DNA of 32,000 nucleotides from Candidatus Karelsulcia muelleri PSPU (lineage in GTDB: Bacteria; Bacteroidota; Bacteroidia; Flavobacteriales; Blattabacteriaceae), in the NCBI RefSeq assembly GCF_000829155.1, contig NZ_AP013293.1, positions 210,001 through 242,000 on the forward strand, given 5' to 3'. The notes below the pieces were generated by a model, which saw only the letters and a program-made list of their open reading frames with translations, was not told the origin of the DNA and did not search any database. Both the position numbers and the translations under genes were made by a program. Each line of letters opens with the position of its first letter. The stretch's first letter is position 1. This document shows, piece by piece, positions 10,120-21,128 of this stretch.

Positions 10120-11502
10120 TCATAAATAGTATTTTTCATTTAATAAATCTCCTATTAAAGTAGCAGATGTACAATTATTAATTTTAACTTTTAAAAAATC
10201 TCCTATTTTAAATTTTTTTTTAGGAAAAATTACTATATCATTTTTAGAATTTCTTCCATAAAAAAAATTAATATTTTTTTTTGAAATTCCCTCTATTAAA
10301 ATTTCTTGAATATTTCCAATAGATTTACTTAATCTAAAATAGGAATGTTTTCTTTGTAAAGATATAATTTCTTTTAATCTACGTTTTTTTATTTCTAAAG
10401 AAACATTATCAATTAAATGTTTATAAGCATATGTTCCTATTCGATGGGAATATATAAACATATATGAAAAATTATATTTTACAAGTTTCATTAAATTCAA
10501 TGTTTCATTATGATCATATTCATATTCATTACAAAATCCCGTGATAATATCACAAGATATTGAACAATTAGGTAAAATTTTATTTATTTTATTTATAAGT
10601 AAAATATAATCTTCACGTGTATGTTTTCTATTCATTAATGATAAAATTTTATTACTTCCTGATTGAACTGGTAAATGAATATGTTTACATATATTTTTAT
10701 ATTTTTTAATTATATTTAAAACCTTATATGACATATCATTAGGATTAGAAGTACAAAAACGAATTCTCATAAAAGGAACTGAAATAGCAACTAATTCTAA
10801 TAAATTAGAAAAATTTATAATTCTTTCATTTTTTATTTTTGATTTTTTAAAATTTTTTTTTAATCCCCCTCCATACCATAAATATGAATCTACATTTTGA
10901 CCTAAAAGTATAATTTCTTTATATCCTTTTTTAAATAAAAATTCACATTCTTTTATAATACTATGTGGATCACGACTCTTTTCACGACCTCTTGTAAAAG
11001 GAACAACACAGAAAGTACACATATTATCACATCCTCGCATTATAGTAACAAACGCCGTTATTTTATTTTTATCTCTTTTAGGTAAAATATCTGCATAAGT
11101 TTCATTTTTAGAAAAAAAAGTATTTATATATTTATATGATTTATTATAAATCTTTCTTATTAAAGAAGGAATTTCTCTATAAGAATCTGGCCCTAAAACT
11201 AAATTAATTATATTATTAATTTTTAATATTTTTTTTTTAAAATTTTGAGCCAAACAACCCAATATTCCTATTATAATATTATTATTTTTTTTTTTTAAAA
11301 ATTTAAGTTGATTTATACGTAATAATATTTTTTGTTCAGATTTTTCTCTTATAGAACATGTATTTATTAATATGATATTAGCCTTTTTAAAATTTTCAGT
11401 TTTAATAAATCCTTCATTATCTAAAATAGAACATATAATTTCACTATCAGAGATATTCATTTGACAACCATAATTTTCTATATAATATTTTTTATTTATC
11501 AT
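10120..11502 (-). CDS. miaB: tRNA-2-methylthio-N6-dimethylallyladenosine synthase (radical SAM methylthiotransferase)
   Basis: N-terminal YIENYGCQMNISDSE, radical-SAM Cys triad CDNMCTFCVVPFTRGRE, and a C-terminal TRAM-like region. Confidence 0.85.
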   Translation of the reverse strand: MINKKYYIENYGCQMNISDSEIICSILDNEGFIKTENFKKANIILINTCSIREKSEQKILLRINQLKFLKKKNNNIIIGILGCLAQNFKKKILKINNIINLVLGPDSYREIPSLIRKIYNKSYKYINTFFSKNETYADILPKRDKNKITAFVTIMRGCDNMCTFCVVPFTRGREKSRDPHSIIKECEFLFKKGYKEIILLGQNVDSYLWYGGGLKKNFKKSKIKNERIINFSNLLELVAISVPFMRIRFCTSNPNDMSYKVLNIIKKYKNICKHIHLPVQSGSNKILSLMNRKHTREDYILLINKINKILPNCSISCDIITGFCNEYEYDHNETLNLMKLVKYNFSYMFIYSHRIGTYAYKHLIDNVSLEIKKRRLKEIISLQRKHSYFRLSKSIGNIQEILIEGISKKNINFFYGRNSKNDIVIFPKKKFKIGDFLKVKINNCTSATLIGDLLNEKYYL

Positions 11503-11574
11503 TGTTAAATTTTATTATATTAAAAAATATATATATTTATTATATAAATATTTTTTTAATAAAAAATTAAATAA

Positions 11575-13020
11575 ATGATAAAAAAAAAAAAAGAATTTAA
11601 TATTATAGATAATATTGAAAATTCTTATTATAAATATGGATTTTATACTAATCTAGAATCAGATAAAATTCCAAAAGGAATTAATGAAAATATTATAACT
11701 CATATATCAAGAAAAAAAAATGAACCCGATTGGATGTTAAAAAGAAGATTAAAATCATATAAAATATGGAAAAAAATGATTCCTCCTAAATGGGGAAATT
11801 TTTCATATAAAATCCCTGATTTTCAAAACATAAGTTATTATTCTGCTATAAAAAAAAATAAATTTCTTAAAAAAGAAATTGATAACAAATTATTAGATAC
11901 TTTTAATAAATTAAATTTAAAATTAAAAAAAAATAAAAAATTATCAAAAATAGCATTAGACGTAATTATGGATTCTGTTTCTGTTACTACAACTTTTAAA
12001 AAAGTTTTATCAGAAAAAGGAATAATATTTTGTCCTATTAGTAAAGCTATAAAAAAATATCCTGATCTTATAAAAAAATATATAGGTAAAATAGTTCCAA
12101 TAAAAGATAATTTTTATTCAGCATTAAATTCAGCTGTTTTTTCTGATGGATCTTTTTGTTATATCCCAAAAAATGTACGTTGTCCTGTAGAATTATCTAC
12201 ATATTTTCGTATAAATGAATCAGGAATAGGTCAATTTGAAAGAACACTTGTAATTGCTGATAAAAATTCATATGTTAGTTATTTAGAAGGATGCACAGCT
12301 CCTCAACGGGAAGAAAATCAATTACATGCTGCTGTTGTTGAATTAATAGCTTTAGAAGGTGCTGAAATTAAATATTCTACTGTACAAAATTGGTATCCTG
12401 GAGATAAAAATGGGATAGGTGGAGTTTTTAATTTTGTAACTAAAAGAGGATTATGTGAAAAAAAATCTAAAATATCATGGACTCAAATAGAAACGGGATC
12501 AGCTATAACTTGGAAATATCCATCTTGTATTTTAAAAGGTGATGATTCAATAGGAGAATTTTATTCAGTAGCTTTTACAAAGAATTTTCAAAAATCTGAT
12601 ACTGGAACCAAAATGATTCATTTAGGAAAAAATACTAAAAGTACTATTATTTCAAAAGGAATATCAGCTGGATTTTCTAAAAATAGTTATAGAGGATTAG
12701 TAAATATTTCTTCTAATGCTATTAATTCACGTAATTTTTCACAATGTGATTCTTTATTAATAGGGAATACCTGTAGTGCTCATACTTTTCCTTTTATAAA
12801 TGTAAAAAATAATTCATCTAAAGTTGAACATGAAGCTACAACGTCTAAAATAGAAGAAGATCAAATTTTTTATTGTAATCAACGTGGAATTAATTTAGAA
12901 AAAGCCATTTCACTTATAGTTACTGGTTTTAGTAAAAATATTTTAGATAGATTACCTATGGAGTTTGCAATAGAAGCGAGGAAATTATTAGAAATAAAAT
13001 TAGAAGGTTCAGTAGGATAA
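11575..13020 (+). CDS. sufB: Fe-S cluster assembly scaffold SufB
   Basis: 481 aa with [30 protein letters not shown] and [14 protein letters not shown]. It is the first gene of a sufBCDS cluster. Confidence 0.93.
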   Translation: MIKKKKEFNIIDNIENSYYKYGFYTNLESDKIPKGINENIITHISRKKNEPDWMLKRRLKSYKIWKKMIPPKWGNFSYKIPDFQNISYYSAIKKNKFLKKEIDNKLLDTFNKLNLKLKKNKKLSKIALDVIMDSVSVTTTFKKVLSEKGIIFCPISKAIKKYPDLIKKYIGKIVPIKDNFYSALNSAVFSDGSFCYIPKNVRCPVELSTYFRINESGIGQFERTLVIADKNSYVSYLEGCTAPQREENQLHAAVVELIALEGAEIKYSTVQNWYPGDKNGIGGVFNFVTKRGLCEKKSKISWTQIETGSAITWKYPSCILKGDDSIGEFYSVAFTKNFQKSDTGTKMIHLGKNTKSTIISKGISAGFSKNSYRGLVNISSNAINSRNFSQCDSLLIGNTCSAHTFPFINVKNNSSKVEHEATTSKIEEDQIFYCNQRGINLEKAISLIVTGFSKNILDRLPMEFAIEARKLLEIKLEGSVG

Positions 13021-13046
13021 TGAATAAATATTAAAAATTAATTTTT

Positions 13047-13787
13047 ATGTTAAAAATAAAGAATTTATCTGTTTCAGTAAAACAAAATAACATATTAAAA
13101 AATGTTAATTTAACAATTAATAAAGGAGAAATTCATGTAATAATGGGACCTAATGGATCAGGGAAAAGTACATTAGCCTCTATAATAGCTGGAAAAAAAG
13201 ATTATAAAATAAATAAAGGTCAAATTTTATTTGAAAATAAAGAATTAAATTTTTTAGCTCCAGAAGAAAGAGCTCATTTAGGAATTTTTTTATCTTTTCA
13301 AGATCCAGTAGAAATTCCTGGTATATCAATTCTTAATTTTATAAGAATTTCTCTAAATTCTATAAGAAAAGCAAATTCTAAAAAAGAAATAGATTCTTAT
13401 AAATTTTTAAAAAAAATAAGAAATGTATCTGATCTATTAAAAATAGATAAAAATTTTCTTTCAAGATCTTTAAATGAAGGCTTTTCAGGAGGTGAAAAAA
13501 AACGTAATGAAATATTTCAAATGTGTATGATTAATCCAAAATTATCAATTTTAGATGAAATGGATTCTGGTTTGGATATAGATGCTATTAAAACTTTATC
13601 TTTAGGAATTAATAAATTAAAAAATAAAAATAATTCTATATTAATAATAACTCATTATCAAAGATTATTAAATTATATAATACCTGATTATGTACATGTT
13701 TTAGATAAAGGTAAAATAGTTAAATCTGGAAATAAAGAATTAGCGCTAAAAATTGAATCAAAAGGATATGATTGGATTAAAAATTAA
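13047..13787 (+). CDS. sufC: Fe-S cluster assembly ATPase SufC
   Basis: Walker A GPNGSGKST, ABC signature FSGGEKKRNEI, Walker B ILDEMDSGLD. Confidence 0.93.
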   Translation: MLKIKNLSVSVKQNNILKNVNLTINKGEIHVIMGPNGSGKSTLASIIAGKKDYKINKGQILFENKELNFLAPEERAHLGIFLSFQDPVEIPGISILNFIRISLNSIRKANSKKEIDSYKFLKKIRNVSDLLKIDKNFLSRSLNEGFSGGEKKRNEIFQMCMINPKLSILDEMDSGLDIDAIKTLSLGINKLKNKNNSILIITHYQRLLNYIIPDYVHVLDKGKIVKSGNKELALKIESKGYDWIKN

Positions 13788-13798
13788 TTTTTAATTTT

Positions 13799-15103
13799 AT
13801 GAAATTTAAAAAAGAAAATATTAATTTTAATAATTATATATATAAATATCTAAATATTATTAGAAATAAATCAATAAAAAAAATTAATAAAAATAATTTA
13901 TATTTATTTGAATATGAAAAATGGAAAAATTATGATATATCATCAATAATTGATTACGAATATTCATTTCCTATTAAAGAAAAAGAATCAATTTATTTAA
14001 AATTATTAAATAAATATGTATTAGATGTCGATGGATTTTATTTATTTTTTATAAATGGATTTTATATTTATAATTTTTTTAAAAAAAAAAATAAAAATTT
14101 TTTATCATTAAATGATATTATTATAAATAATAAAAGTTATTGTAATTCCAATATTGAAAAATATTATGGTAAATCATTATCAAATAATGATAATTTAAAT
14201 TATTTTAATTTTCTTTTTTCAAAAGATGGAGCATATATATATATCCCTGACGGGATTTTTTTTAAAAAAAATATATATATAATATATATATATAATATAA
14301 GAAATGATTATTCAATTATTAATCCTAGAAATTTAATAATTTTAGGAAAAAAAACTAAAGCTAAAATTATAGAAATACATGAATCATTAACAAATAAAAT
14401 TTTTATGAGTAATTCCGTTACTGAAATTTTTAATGAAAAAAAAAGTTATTTAGATTATATTAAAATTCAAAATAATTTATCTTTTTCTTATTTAAAAGAT
14501 AACACTTTATTAACACAAAAAAAAAATAGTTATTGTTCAATAAATACTTTTTCCTTTGAAGGAAGATTATTAAATAATCATATTAATTTTTTTAATTGTG
14601 GTAACAATTCAAAATTTAATTTTAATGGACTTACAATAATAAAAAATAAATCATTAAATCAAATAATAGATAATAAAATATTAATAAATCATTTATATAC
14701 TAATTGTGAAAGTAATCAAACTTATAAATATATTTTAAATGGAAGATCAAAAGGTATTTTTAATGGTCTTATTAAAGTTCATAAAAATGCGAATAATATA
14801 AATGCTTTACAAAAAAATGATAATATTTTAATTTCAAATAAATCTTTTATTTATACTAAACCTGAATTAAAAATTTATGCCAATAATGTTAAATGTACAC
14901 ATGGATGTACTATAGGTAAAATAGATAATGAAAAAATATTTTATTTTCGTTCTAGAGGAATTAAAAAAAAAATAGCTAAATACATCTTATTATTTTTATT
15001 TTCTAAAGAAATTTTAAAAAAAATAAAGATATATAATCTAAAAATATATATATATAATATAATTATATATAAATTAAAAATTTTAAATTTAAATTTAATA
15101 TAA
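13799..15103 (+). CDS. sufD: Fe-S cluster assembly protein SufD (highly diverged)
   Basis: The conserved C-terminal half has TKPELKIYANNVKCTHGCTIGKIDNEKIFYFRSRGI. It sits between sufC and sufS. Confidence 0.8.
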   Translation: MKFKKENINFNNYIYKYLNIIRNKSIKKINKNNLYLFEYEKWKNYDISSIIDYEYSFPIKEKESIYLKLLNKYVLDVDGFYLFFINGFYIYNFFKKKNKNFLSLNDIIINNKSYCNSNIEKYYGKSLSNNDNLNYFNFLFSKDGAYIYIPDGIFFKKNIYIIYIYNIRNDYSIINPRNLIILGKKTKAKIIEIHESLTNKIFMSNSVTEIFNEKKSYLDYIKIQNNLSFSYLKDNTLLTQKKNSYCSINTFSFEGRLLNNHINFFNCGNNSKFNFNGLTIIKNKSLNQIIDNKILINHLYTNCESNQTYKYILNGRSKGIFNGLIKVHKNANNINALQKNDNILISNKSFIYTKPELKIYANNVKCTHGCTIGKIDNEKIFYFRSRGIKKKIAKYILLFLFSKEILKKIKIYNLKIYIYNIIIYKLKILNLNLI

Positions 15104-15105
15104 AA

Positions 15106-16326
15106 ATGTTATCTAAAATAGATATTAAAAGAATAAGAAAAAAATTTCCTATATTAAAGACTATTATTAATAATAATAAACTTATTTATTTTGACAATGC
15201 TGCAACTACTCAAAAACCTAATAAAGTAATTAATTCAATAAAAAATTATTATTCAAATATAAATTCTAATGTTCATAGAGGAGCTTATTATTTAAGTAAT
15301 ATAGCTACTGAAAAAATGGAATTTAGTAGAGAAAAAATTAAATCATTTATAAATGCTAAATATTCACATGAAATAATTTTTACAAGTGGGGCTACAGAAA
15401 GTATTAATTTAATAGCTAATAGCATTTCATATTTAATAAATAAAAATGATGAAATAATCATTCCATATTCTGAACATCATTCAAATATAATTCCATGGCA
15501 AATACTTTGTAAAAAAAAAAAAGCATTATTAAAAATAATACCTATAGATTATTATGGAAATTTAAAATTTGATTATTTTAAATATATTATTTCTAATAAA
15601 ACAAAATTAATTTCTTTAAGTCATATAACTAATGCATTAGGTGTTATTAATCCAATTAAGAAAATTATTTATGAAGCAAAAAAATATAATACATTAGTTT
15701 TAATAGATGGTTCACAAGCTATATCTCATATTCCTATAAATATACAAAAAATAAATCCTGATTTTTATGTATTTTCTATACATAAAATGTATGGTCCTAC
15801 TGGAATCGGAGTTCTTTATGGAAAAGAAGAAATTTTAAACATTTCACCTCCATATCAATATGGAGGTGAAATGATTAACAAGGTTACATTTAAAAAAGCA
15901 ACATATGCTAATATACCATTTAAATTTGAAGCAGGAACACCTAATATAGGAGGGATTCTATCGACAATAGATGCCATAAAATTTATAGAAAAAATAAATA
16001 TAAAAAATATTAAAATATATGAAGATAAAATTATTAATTATACAATTAAATTATTAAGTAATATAGAAGGAATTAAAATATATGGAAAAAATAAAAAAAG
16101 GTCGAGTATTATATCATTTAATATAAAAAATATTCATCCATTTGATATAGGCAAATTATTAGATAATTTTGGCATAGCTGTAAGAACAGGAAATCATTGT
16201 GCACAACCTATAATGGATTTTTTATCTATTCCTGGTACTATAAGAATAAGTTTTGCTATATATAATACTTTTGAGGAAATATATTTTTTTTATAAAAAAA
16301 TATTAAAAATTAAAAAAATTTTTTAA
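15106..16326 (+). CDS. sufS: Cysteine desulfurase SufS (class V aminotransferase, group II)
   Basis: FDNAATTQKP, PLP-lysine region FSIHKMYGPTGIGVLYG, and catalytic-Cys loop RTGNHCAQP. Confidence 0.92.
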   Translation: MLSKIDIKRIRKKFPILKTIINNNKLIYFDNAATTQKPNKVINSIKNYYSNINSNVHRGAYYLSNIATEKMEFSREKIKSFINAKYSHEIIFTSGATESINLIANSISYLINKNDEIIIPYSEHHSNIIPWQILCKKKKALLKIIPIDYYGNLKFDYFKYIISNKTKLISLSHITNALGVINPIKKIIYEAKKYNTLVLIDGSQAISHIPINIQKINPDFYVFSIHKMYGPTGIGVLYGKEEILNISPPYQYGGEMINKVTFKKATYANIPFKFEAGTPNIGGILSTIDAIKFIEKINIKNIKIYEDKIINYTIKLLSNIEGIKIYGKNKKRSSIISFNIKNIHPFDIGKLLDNFGIAVRTGNHCAQPIMDFLSIPGTIRISFAIYNTFEEIYFFYKKILKIKKIF

Positions 16327-16481
16327 TTATAAATACCTGCTAATGTCTTAATTAAAATTAAGAATTTTATTAATTTGTTATTTAACAAGTAAATTAAATA
16401 TAAAATTTATATTATTATGATAAAAAAAAAAAAAAAATTAAAGTTGTAGAATTTACTACTGTTAATGAATTAGCATCTATA

Positions 16482-18158
16482 ATGAATATTAATTCTGTAG
16501 ATATTATAAAAAGTTGTATTTCATTAGGTATTATGGTCACTTTGAATCAACGTTTAGATGCAGAAACTTTAACTTTAGTAGCAGATGAATTTGGTTATTC
16601 TATAGAATTAATTGGAACCTATTTAGAAAAAGCCATACAAGGAGAAAAAGATACTGAAAAAGATCTTAAACCTAGATCACCTGTAGTAACTATAATGGGT
16701 CATGTAGATCATGGAAAAACATCTTTATTAGATTATATAAGAAAAACAAATATTATAGCTGGAGAATATGGAGGAATAACACAACATGTTGGTGCATATA
16801 ATGTAAAATTTAAAAAAGGTAATAGTATAACCTTTTTAGATACCCCAGGTCATGAAGCTTTTACTTCTATGAGAGCTAGAGGAACTAAAATAACAGATAT
16901 AGTAGTGATAGTAATAGCTACAGATGATGATGTAATGCCTCAAACTAAAGAAGCTATTAGTCATGCACAATTAGCTGGTGTTCCTATTATATTTGCATTG
17001 AATAAAATTGATAAAATTAATTCAAATACTGATAATATACGTATAAAATTATCTGAAATGAATTTTTTATTTAAAGAATGGGGAGGAAAATATCAAGCTC
17101 AAGAGATATCTGCTAAATTTGGTTTAGGAATAAATGAATTATTGGAAAAAATTTTATTAGAAGCAAAAATTTTAAATCTAAAAGCTAATCCTAATAAAAC
17201 AGCTGTAGGTACAGTAATAGAATCTTATTTAGATAAAGGACGAGGGTATTGTACGTCCCTCCTTATTCAAGGAGGGACTTTAAAAGTAGGAGATTATATA
17301 GTAGCAGGAAATTTTCATGGAAAAGTAAAAATTATTTTAAATGAAAGAGGTAATCATATAAAAAAAGTTTATCCTTCAAAACCTGGAATAATTTTAGGAT
17401 TAAATGGAGCACCTACTTCTGGTGAAAGATTTAAAGTTTTTCAAGATGAAAAAGAAGCCAAACGATTAGCTTCTAAAAAAAATCAATTAAAAAAAGAATA
17501 TAAAATACGTTATAAAAAAACTATTACATTAGAAGAAATAGTAAAAAAGGTTTCATTAAAAAATTTTAAAGAACTAAAATTAATAGTTAAAGGAGATATG
17601 AATGGCTCAGTAGAAGCTTTAATTGATTCAATAGAAAAATTATCTACAAATTATTTTGTAATTAAAATAATATATTATAATATTGGACATATAACAGAAT
17701 CAGATGTGCTTTTAGCAAAAGCGTCTGATGCAATTATTATTGGTTTTAATGTTGAATGTTCATTAAAATCTAAAATTTTTGCTGAAAAAAATAAAATAGA
17801 GATAAGGTTATATTATCTAATATATAATATTATTAATGATTTTAAAAATACATTAAATTTAATTAAATTAAATAAAAAAAAAACAATAATATTAGGAAAA
17901 GCAAAAGTATTAAATTCTTTTAAAAAGAAAAATAAAGAAAATATAGCCGGTTGTTTAATTTTAAATGGTAAAATAATACGAAATTCAAAAATTTCTTTAA
18001 TTAGAAATGGAGTTATTGTATATAATGGAATTTTATTCTCTTTAAAAAGATTTAAAAATGATGTAAAAGAAGTAAATAAAGGATATGAATGTGGGATAAT
18101 AATAAAAGATTTTAATGATATTAAAATTGGTGATATAATTGAATGTTATCAACATTAA
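16482..18158 (+). CDS. infB: Translation initiation factor IF-2 (short form; conserved sequence continues upstream of this ATG, see findings)
   Basis: G domain GHVDHGKTSLLD, DTPGHEAF, NKID. The frame is open from 16404 and encodes IKVVEFTTVNELASI (IF2_N-like) upstream of the first in-frame ATG. Confidence 0.9.
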   Translation: MNINSVDIIKSCISLGIMVTLNQRLDAETLTLVADEFGYSIELIGTYLEKAIQGEKDTEKDLKPRSPVVTIMGHVDHGKTSLLDYIRKTNIIAGEYGGITQHVGAYNVKFKKGNSITFLDTPGHEAFTSMRARGTKITDIVVIVIATDDDVMPQTKEAISHAQLAGVPIIFALNKIDKINSNTDNIRIKLSEMNFLFKEWGGKYQAQEISAKFGLGINELLEKILLEAKILNLKANPNKTAVGTVIESYLDKGRGYCTSLLIQGGTLKVGDYIVAGNFHGKVKIILNERGNHIKKVYPSKPGIILGLNGAPTSGERFKVFQDEKEAKRLASKKNQLKKEYKIRYKKTITLEEIVKKVSLKNFKELKLIVKGDMNGSVEALIDSIEKLSTNYFVIKIIYYNIGHITESDVLLAKASDAIIIGFNVECSLKSKIFAEKNKIEIRLYYLIYNIINDFKNTLNLIKLNKKKTIILGKAKVLNSFKKKNKENIAGCLILNGKIIRNSKISLIRNGVIVYNGILFSLKRFKNDVKEVNKGYECGIIIKDFNDIKIGDIIECYQH

Positions 18159-18165
18159 ACATAAT

Positions 18166-18210
18166 TTATTGTATTTAATATAATACAGAATTTAAATACA
18201 ATAATTTTTT
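18166..18210 (+). terminator. Candidate intrinsic terminator after infB
   Basis: TTATTGTATTTAA (18166-18178) pairs perfectly with TTAAATACAATAA (18192-18204), giving a 13-bp stem and 13-nt loop, followed by TTTTTT (18205-18210). The stem is almost all A-T, so chance occurrence is plausible in this composition. Confidence 0.4.
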
Positions 18211-18212
18211 AT

Positions 18213-19259
18213 TTAAATAATTTTATTTTGAATATTTATAGATTCTTTATGAATTTCATTAAATATTTTTTTTATAAATGTTTTTGATAAACCTAATCTA
18301 TTACCTAAATTAATATATTTTTCTATTAAAGATTCCCATCTTTTAGGTTGAAAAACTAAAAAATTATTAATTTTTTTTATTATTGCGATTTTTTCAGATA
18401 ATATCATTCTATCTGATAATAAATATATTAAATTTTCATCTAATTCATTAATAAATTCTCTTTTATATTCTAATTTTAGATTTTTTTTTTTTTTTAAAAA
18501 AATTTTTGAAAAAAAATATTTTATTTTTTCAGGTAAAATTTGTTGATAAGAATCACTTAATGCTTTATCAGGATCACAATGTGTTTCTATTATAAATCCT
18601 TCATAATTAAAATTCATAGCTTTTTTTATTACTTCAAATATTCCTTCTCTATTTCCACAGATATGAGATGGATCACATAACATTGGAATATTAGGATATA
18701 ATTTTTTAAATTTTAATGCTAATTTCCAATTAGGAATATTTCTATATTTTAAATTTTTATAAATAGAAAATCCTCTATGAATAACTCCTAAATTTTTTAT
18801 TCCTTTATTCATTAATCTTTCTAAAGCTCCTATCCATAGATCTATATCAGGATTTATAGGATTTTTTACTAAAATAATTTTATTGGTATCTTTTAAAGAT
18901 TCTGCTATTTCTTGTACGGTAAATGGATTTACTGTACTTCGAGCTCCTATCCAAATTATATCAATATCATATTTTAACGCAAGTTCTACATGAATTTTAT
19001 TAGCTACTTCTATTGCAACTAAAAATCCTGTTTTTTTTTTAACTTTATTTAACCATTTTAAACCTATTTCTCCTATTCCTTCAAAATTATTTGGTCTAGT
19101 TCTTGGTTTCCATATTCCTGCTCTAAAAATTTCGACATAATTTGGATCTAATCTTTTAGCTATTTCTAAAATTTGATTTTCATTTTCTGCACTACATGGA
19201 CCTGAAATAATCAGTGGCTTTTTAAAGCTATTTATCCAATTTGGTTCTATTTTTTTCAT
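18213..19259 (-). CDS. Bifunctional 3-deoxy-7-phosphoheptulonate (DAHP) synthase / chorismate mutase type II
   Basis: The N-terminal ~260 aa is type I-beta DAHPS-like (ISGPCSAENE, FRAGIWKPRTRPNNFEGIG, LCDPSHICG). The C-terminal ~85 aa is a helical CM-II-like segment (INELDENLIYLLSDRMILSEKIAIIK). This fusion architecture is common in Bacteroidota. Confidence 0.8.
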   Translation of the reverse strand: MKKIEPNWINSFKKPLIISGPCSAENENQILEIAKRLDPNYVEIFRAGIWKPRTRPNNFEGIGEIGLKWLNKVKKKTGFLVAIEVANKIHVELALKYDIDIIWIGARSTVNPFTVQEIAESLKDTNKIILVKNPINPDIDLWIGALERLMNKGIKNLGVIHRGFSIYKNLKYRNIPNWKLALKFKKLYPNIPMLCDPSHICGNREGIFEVIKKAMNFNYEGFIIETHCDPDKALSDSYQQILPEKIKYFFSKIFLKKKKNLKLEYKREFINELDENLIYLLSDRMILSEKIAIIKKINNFLVFQPKRWESLIEKYINLGNRLGLSKTFIKKIFNEIHKESINIQNKII

Positions 19260-19282
19260 TTATCTAAAAAATATAATTTTTA

Positions 19283-20116
19283 TTATATTTTTATAGAATT
19301 TTTATATTCTCCCAATATATAATAAAAATTATTTATTTTATTTATTTTTTTTTTCATTAATAAATAATTATTAATTACATTAAATGTAATATCAATATAA
19401 AAAATATATTCCCATGGTTTTTTTTTTCTTGGAAAAGTTTTAATATTAGTAATATTAATATTTAAATTAAATATAACTTTTATAAGTTTATAAAATTCTC
19501 CTATATTATTTTTTAATTTTAAAAAAAAAGAAACTTTATTAAAAATTTTATTTTTTTTATAGTTAAAATTATTTTTTAATATTAAAAATCTAGTAAAGTT
19601 TTTATTAACTGTTTGAATATTTTTATCTATAATTTTTAAATTATATATAAAAGCAGCTTCTTTAGAAGCTATTGCAGCTATATATTTTTTTTTTTTTTTA
19701 AAAATAAGAAAAGCTGCTTCAGCAGTATCTCTATATTCAGAGATTTTTATTTTTGGATATTTAGATAAATAATTTTTACATTGTAAAATAGCCATAGGAT
19801 GTGATATAATTTTTTTTATATTTTTTATATTATTTTTTTTTAATATCATTAAATTATGATTAATATATAAATATATTTCTCCACTTATTTTAAGCAGATT
19901 TTTTCTAATTAAATTATAATTATATATTAATGCTCCTGCAATAGAATTTTCTATTGCTATCACACCTAAATAAGTTGTATTTGTTGAGACAAAATATGTT
20001 AATTCATTAAATGTTTTACATTTAATTATATTATATTTTTTTTTATAAAAATATTTTTTAGTTGCAATTTCATGAAAACAACCTTTTATTCCTTGAATAG
20101 CAATTTTTTTTTTCAT
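19283..20116 (-). CDS. pheA: Prephenate dehydratase
   Basis: IAIQGIKGCFHEIA at the N-terminus, NIQTVNKNFTRFLIL (TRF motif), and a C-terminal ACT-like region. The gene is adjacent to the chorismate mutase fusion. Confidence 0.8.
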   Translation of the reverse strand: MKKKIAIQGIKGCFHEIATKKYFYKKKYNIIKCKTFNELTYFVSTNTTYLGVIAIENSIAGALIYNYNLIRKNLLKISGEIYLYINHNLMILKKNNIKNIKKIISHPMAILQCKNYLSKYPKIKISEYRDTAEAAFLIFKKKKKYIAAIASKEAAFIYNLKIIDKNIQTVNKNFTRFLILKNNFNYKKNKIFNKVSFFLKLKNNIGEFYKLIKVIFNLNINITNIKTFPRKKKPWEYIFYIDITFNVINNYLLMKKKINKINNFYYILGEYKNSIKI

Positions 20117-20133
20117 GAAATTAAAAATATCAT

Positions 20134-21123
20134 TTAAATAAATTTATTAGAAATTAAATATTCTAATATTTGAACTGCGTTTGTAGCAGATCCTTTACGT
20201 AAATTATCAGATACTATCCACATATTTAAAGATTTTTTTTTAGATAAATCTCTTCTAATTCTACCTACAAAAACATTATTATTTTCTTCACATAGAATAG
20301 GCATAGGATATATTTTATTTTGAATATTATCCATTAAAATTAATCCACTTGTATTTGATAATATTTTACGTAATTCATTTATATCAAAATCATTTTTAAA
20401 TGATAAATTAATACTTTCAGAGTGACCTCCTACTATAGGAACACGTATAGAAGTAGAAGTAATTCCTATTCTTTTATTAGAAAAAATTTTTTTTGTTTCA
20501 TTTATTAATTTTAATTCTTCTTTAGAATATCCAGAAGAATCAAATTTATCACAATGTGGAATTACATTTCTATGTATTTTAAAATAAAAATTTTTTTTTT
20601 TTTTTTTTCGGTCTTCTTCATTTATTAATTGATCTAATCCTTTTTTACCGGATCCTGTAACAGATTGATAAGTAGATATTGTTATATTTTTTATTCTATA
20701 TTTTAGATGTAATGGATATAAAACCATTACTAATTGTATTGTAGAACAATTAGGATTTGCTATAAGTTTATCTCTTTTTGAGATAAATTTTCCATTTATT
20801 TCAGGAACTATTAATTTTTTATATTTATTCATTCGCCATGCTGATGAATTATCAATTAATATAGTACCTTTTCTTGTAAATTTCATTCCCCATATTTTTG
20901 AAATTTCTGCTCCAGCAGAAAAAATAGCAACATCAGGTTTTAAAGAAAAAGTTTCTTCTATACTTAAGATTTTTATTTTTTTTTTTTTAAAGAAAATTTT
21001 TTTTCCTATTGATTTTTTAGAAGCGACAGGATATAAATTTTTTATAAAAATATTTTTTTCTTCTAAAATATTTAAAATAACACGTCCTACCATTCCTGTT
21101 ACTCCTACTATTGCTAAATTCAT
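20134..21123 (-). CDS. asd: Aspartate-semialdehyde dehydrogenase
   Basis: N-terminal IVGVTGMVG Rossmann motif, active-site ANPNCSTIQ, and a C-terminal SDNLRKGSATNAVQI. Confidence 0.9.
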   Translation of the reverse strand: MNLAIVGVTGMVGRVILNILEEKNIFIKNLYPVASKKSIGKKIFFKKKKIKILSIEETFSLKPDVAIFSAGAEISKIWGMKFTRKGTILIDNSSAWRMNKYKKLIVPEINGKFISKRDKLIANPNCSTIQLVMVLYPLHLKYRIKNITISTYQSVTGSGKKGLDQLINEEDRKKKKKNFYFKIHRNVIPHCDKFDSSGYSKEELKLINETKKIFSNKRIGITSTSIRVPIVGGHSESINLSFKNDFDINELRKILSNTSGLILMDNIQNKIYPMPILCEENNNVFVGRIRRDLSKKKSLNMWIVSDNLRKGSATNAVQILEYLISNKFI

Positions 21124-21128
21124 AATTT

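Noticed and set aside
11503-11574. Promoter calls in divergent spacers (miaB/sufB 11503-11574, rsmG/aminotransferase 26166-26213, map/rpmF 28182-28252)
   Set aside because: Promoters must exist here, but I could find neither the Bacteroidota TTTG / TAnnTTTG elements nor a distinguishable TTGACA/TATAAT pair. In this A/T background, TATAAT-like hexamers are everywhere and carry no information.
16346-16363. Inverted repeat TCTTAATT-AA-AATTAAGA after sufS, considered as a terminator
   Set aside because: The 2-nt loop is sterically impossible, so the usable stem is only about 6 A-T-rich bp. That is too weak to call as a feature.
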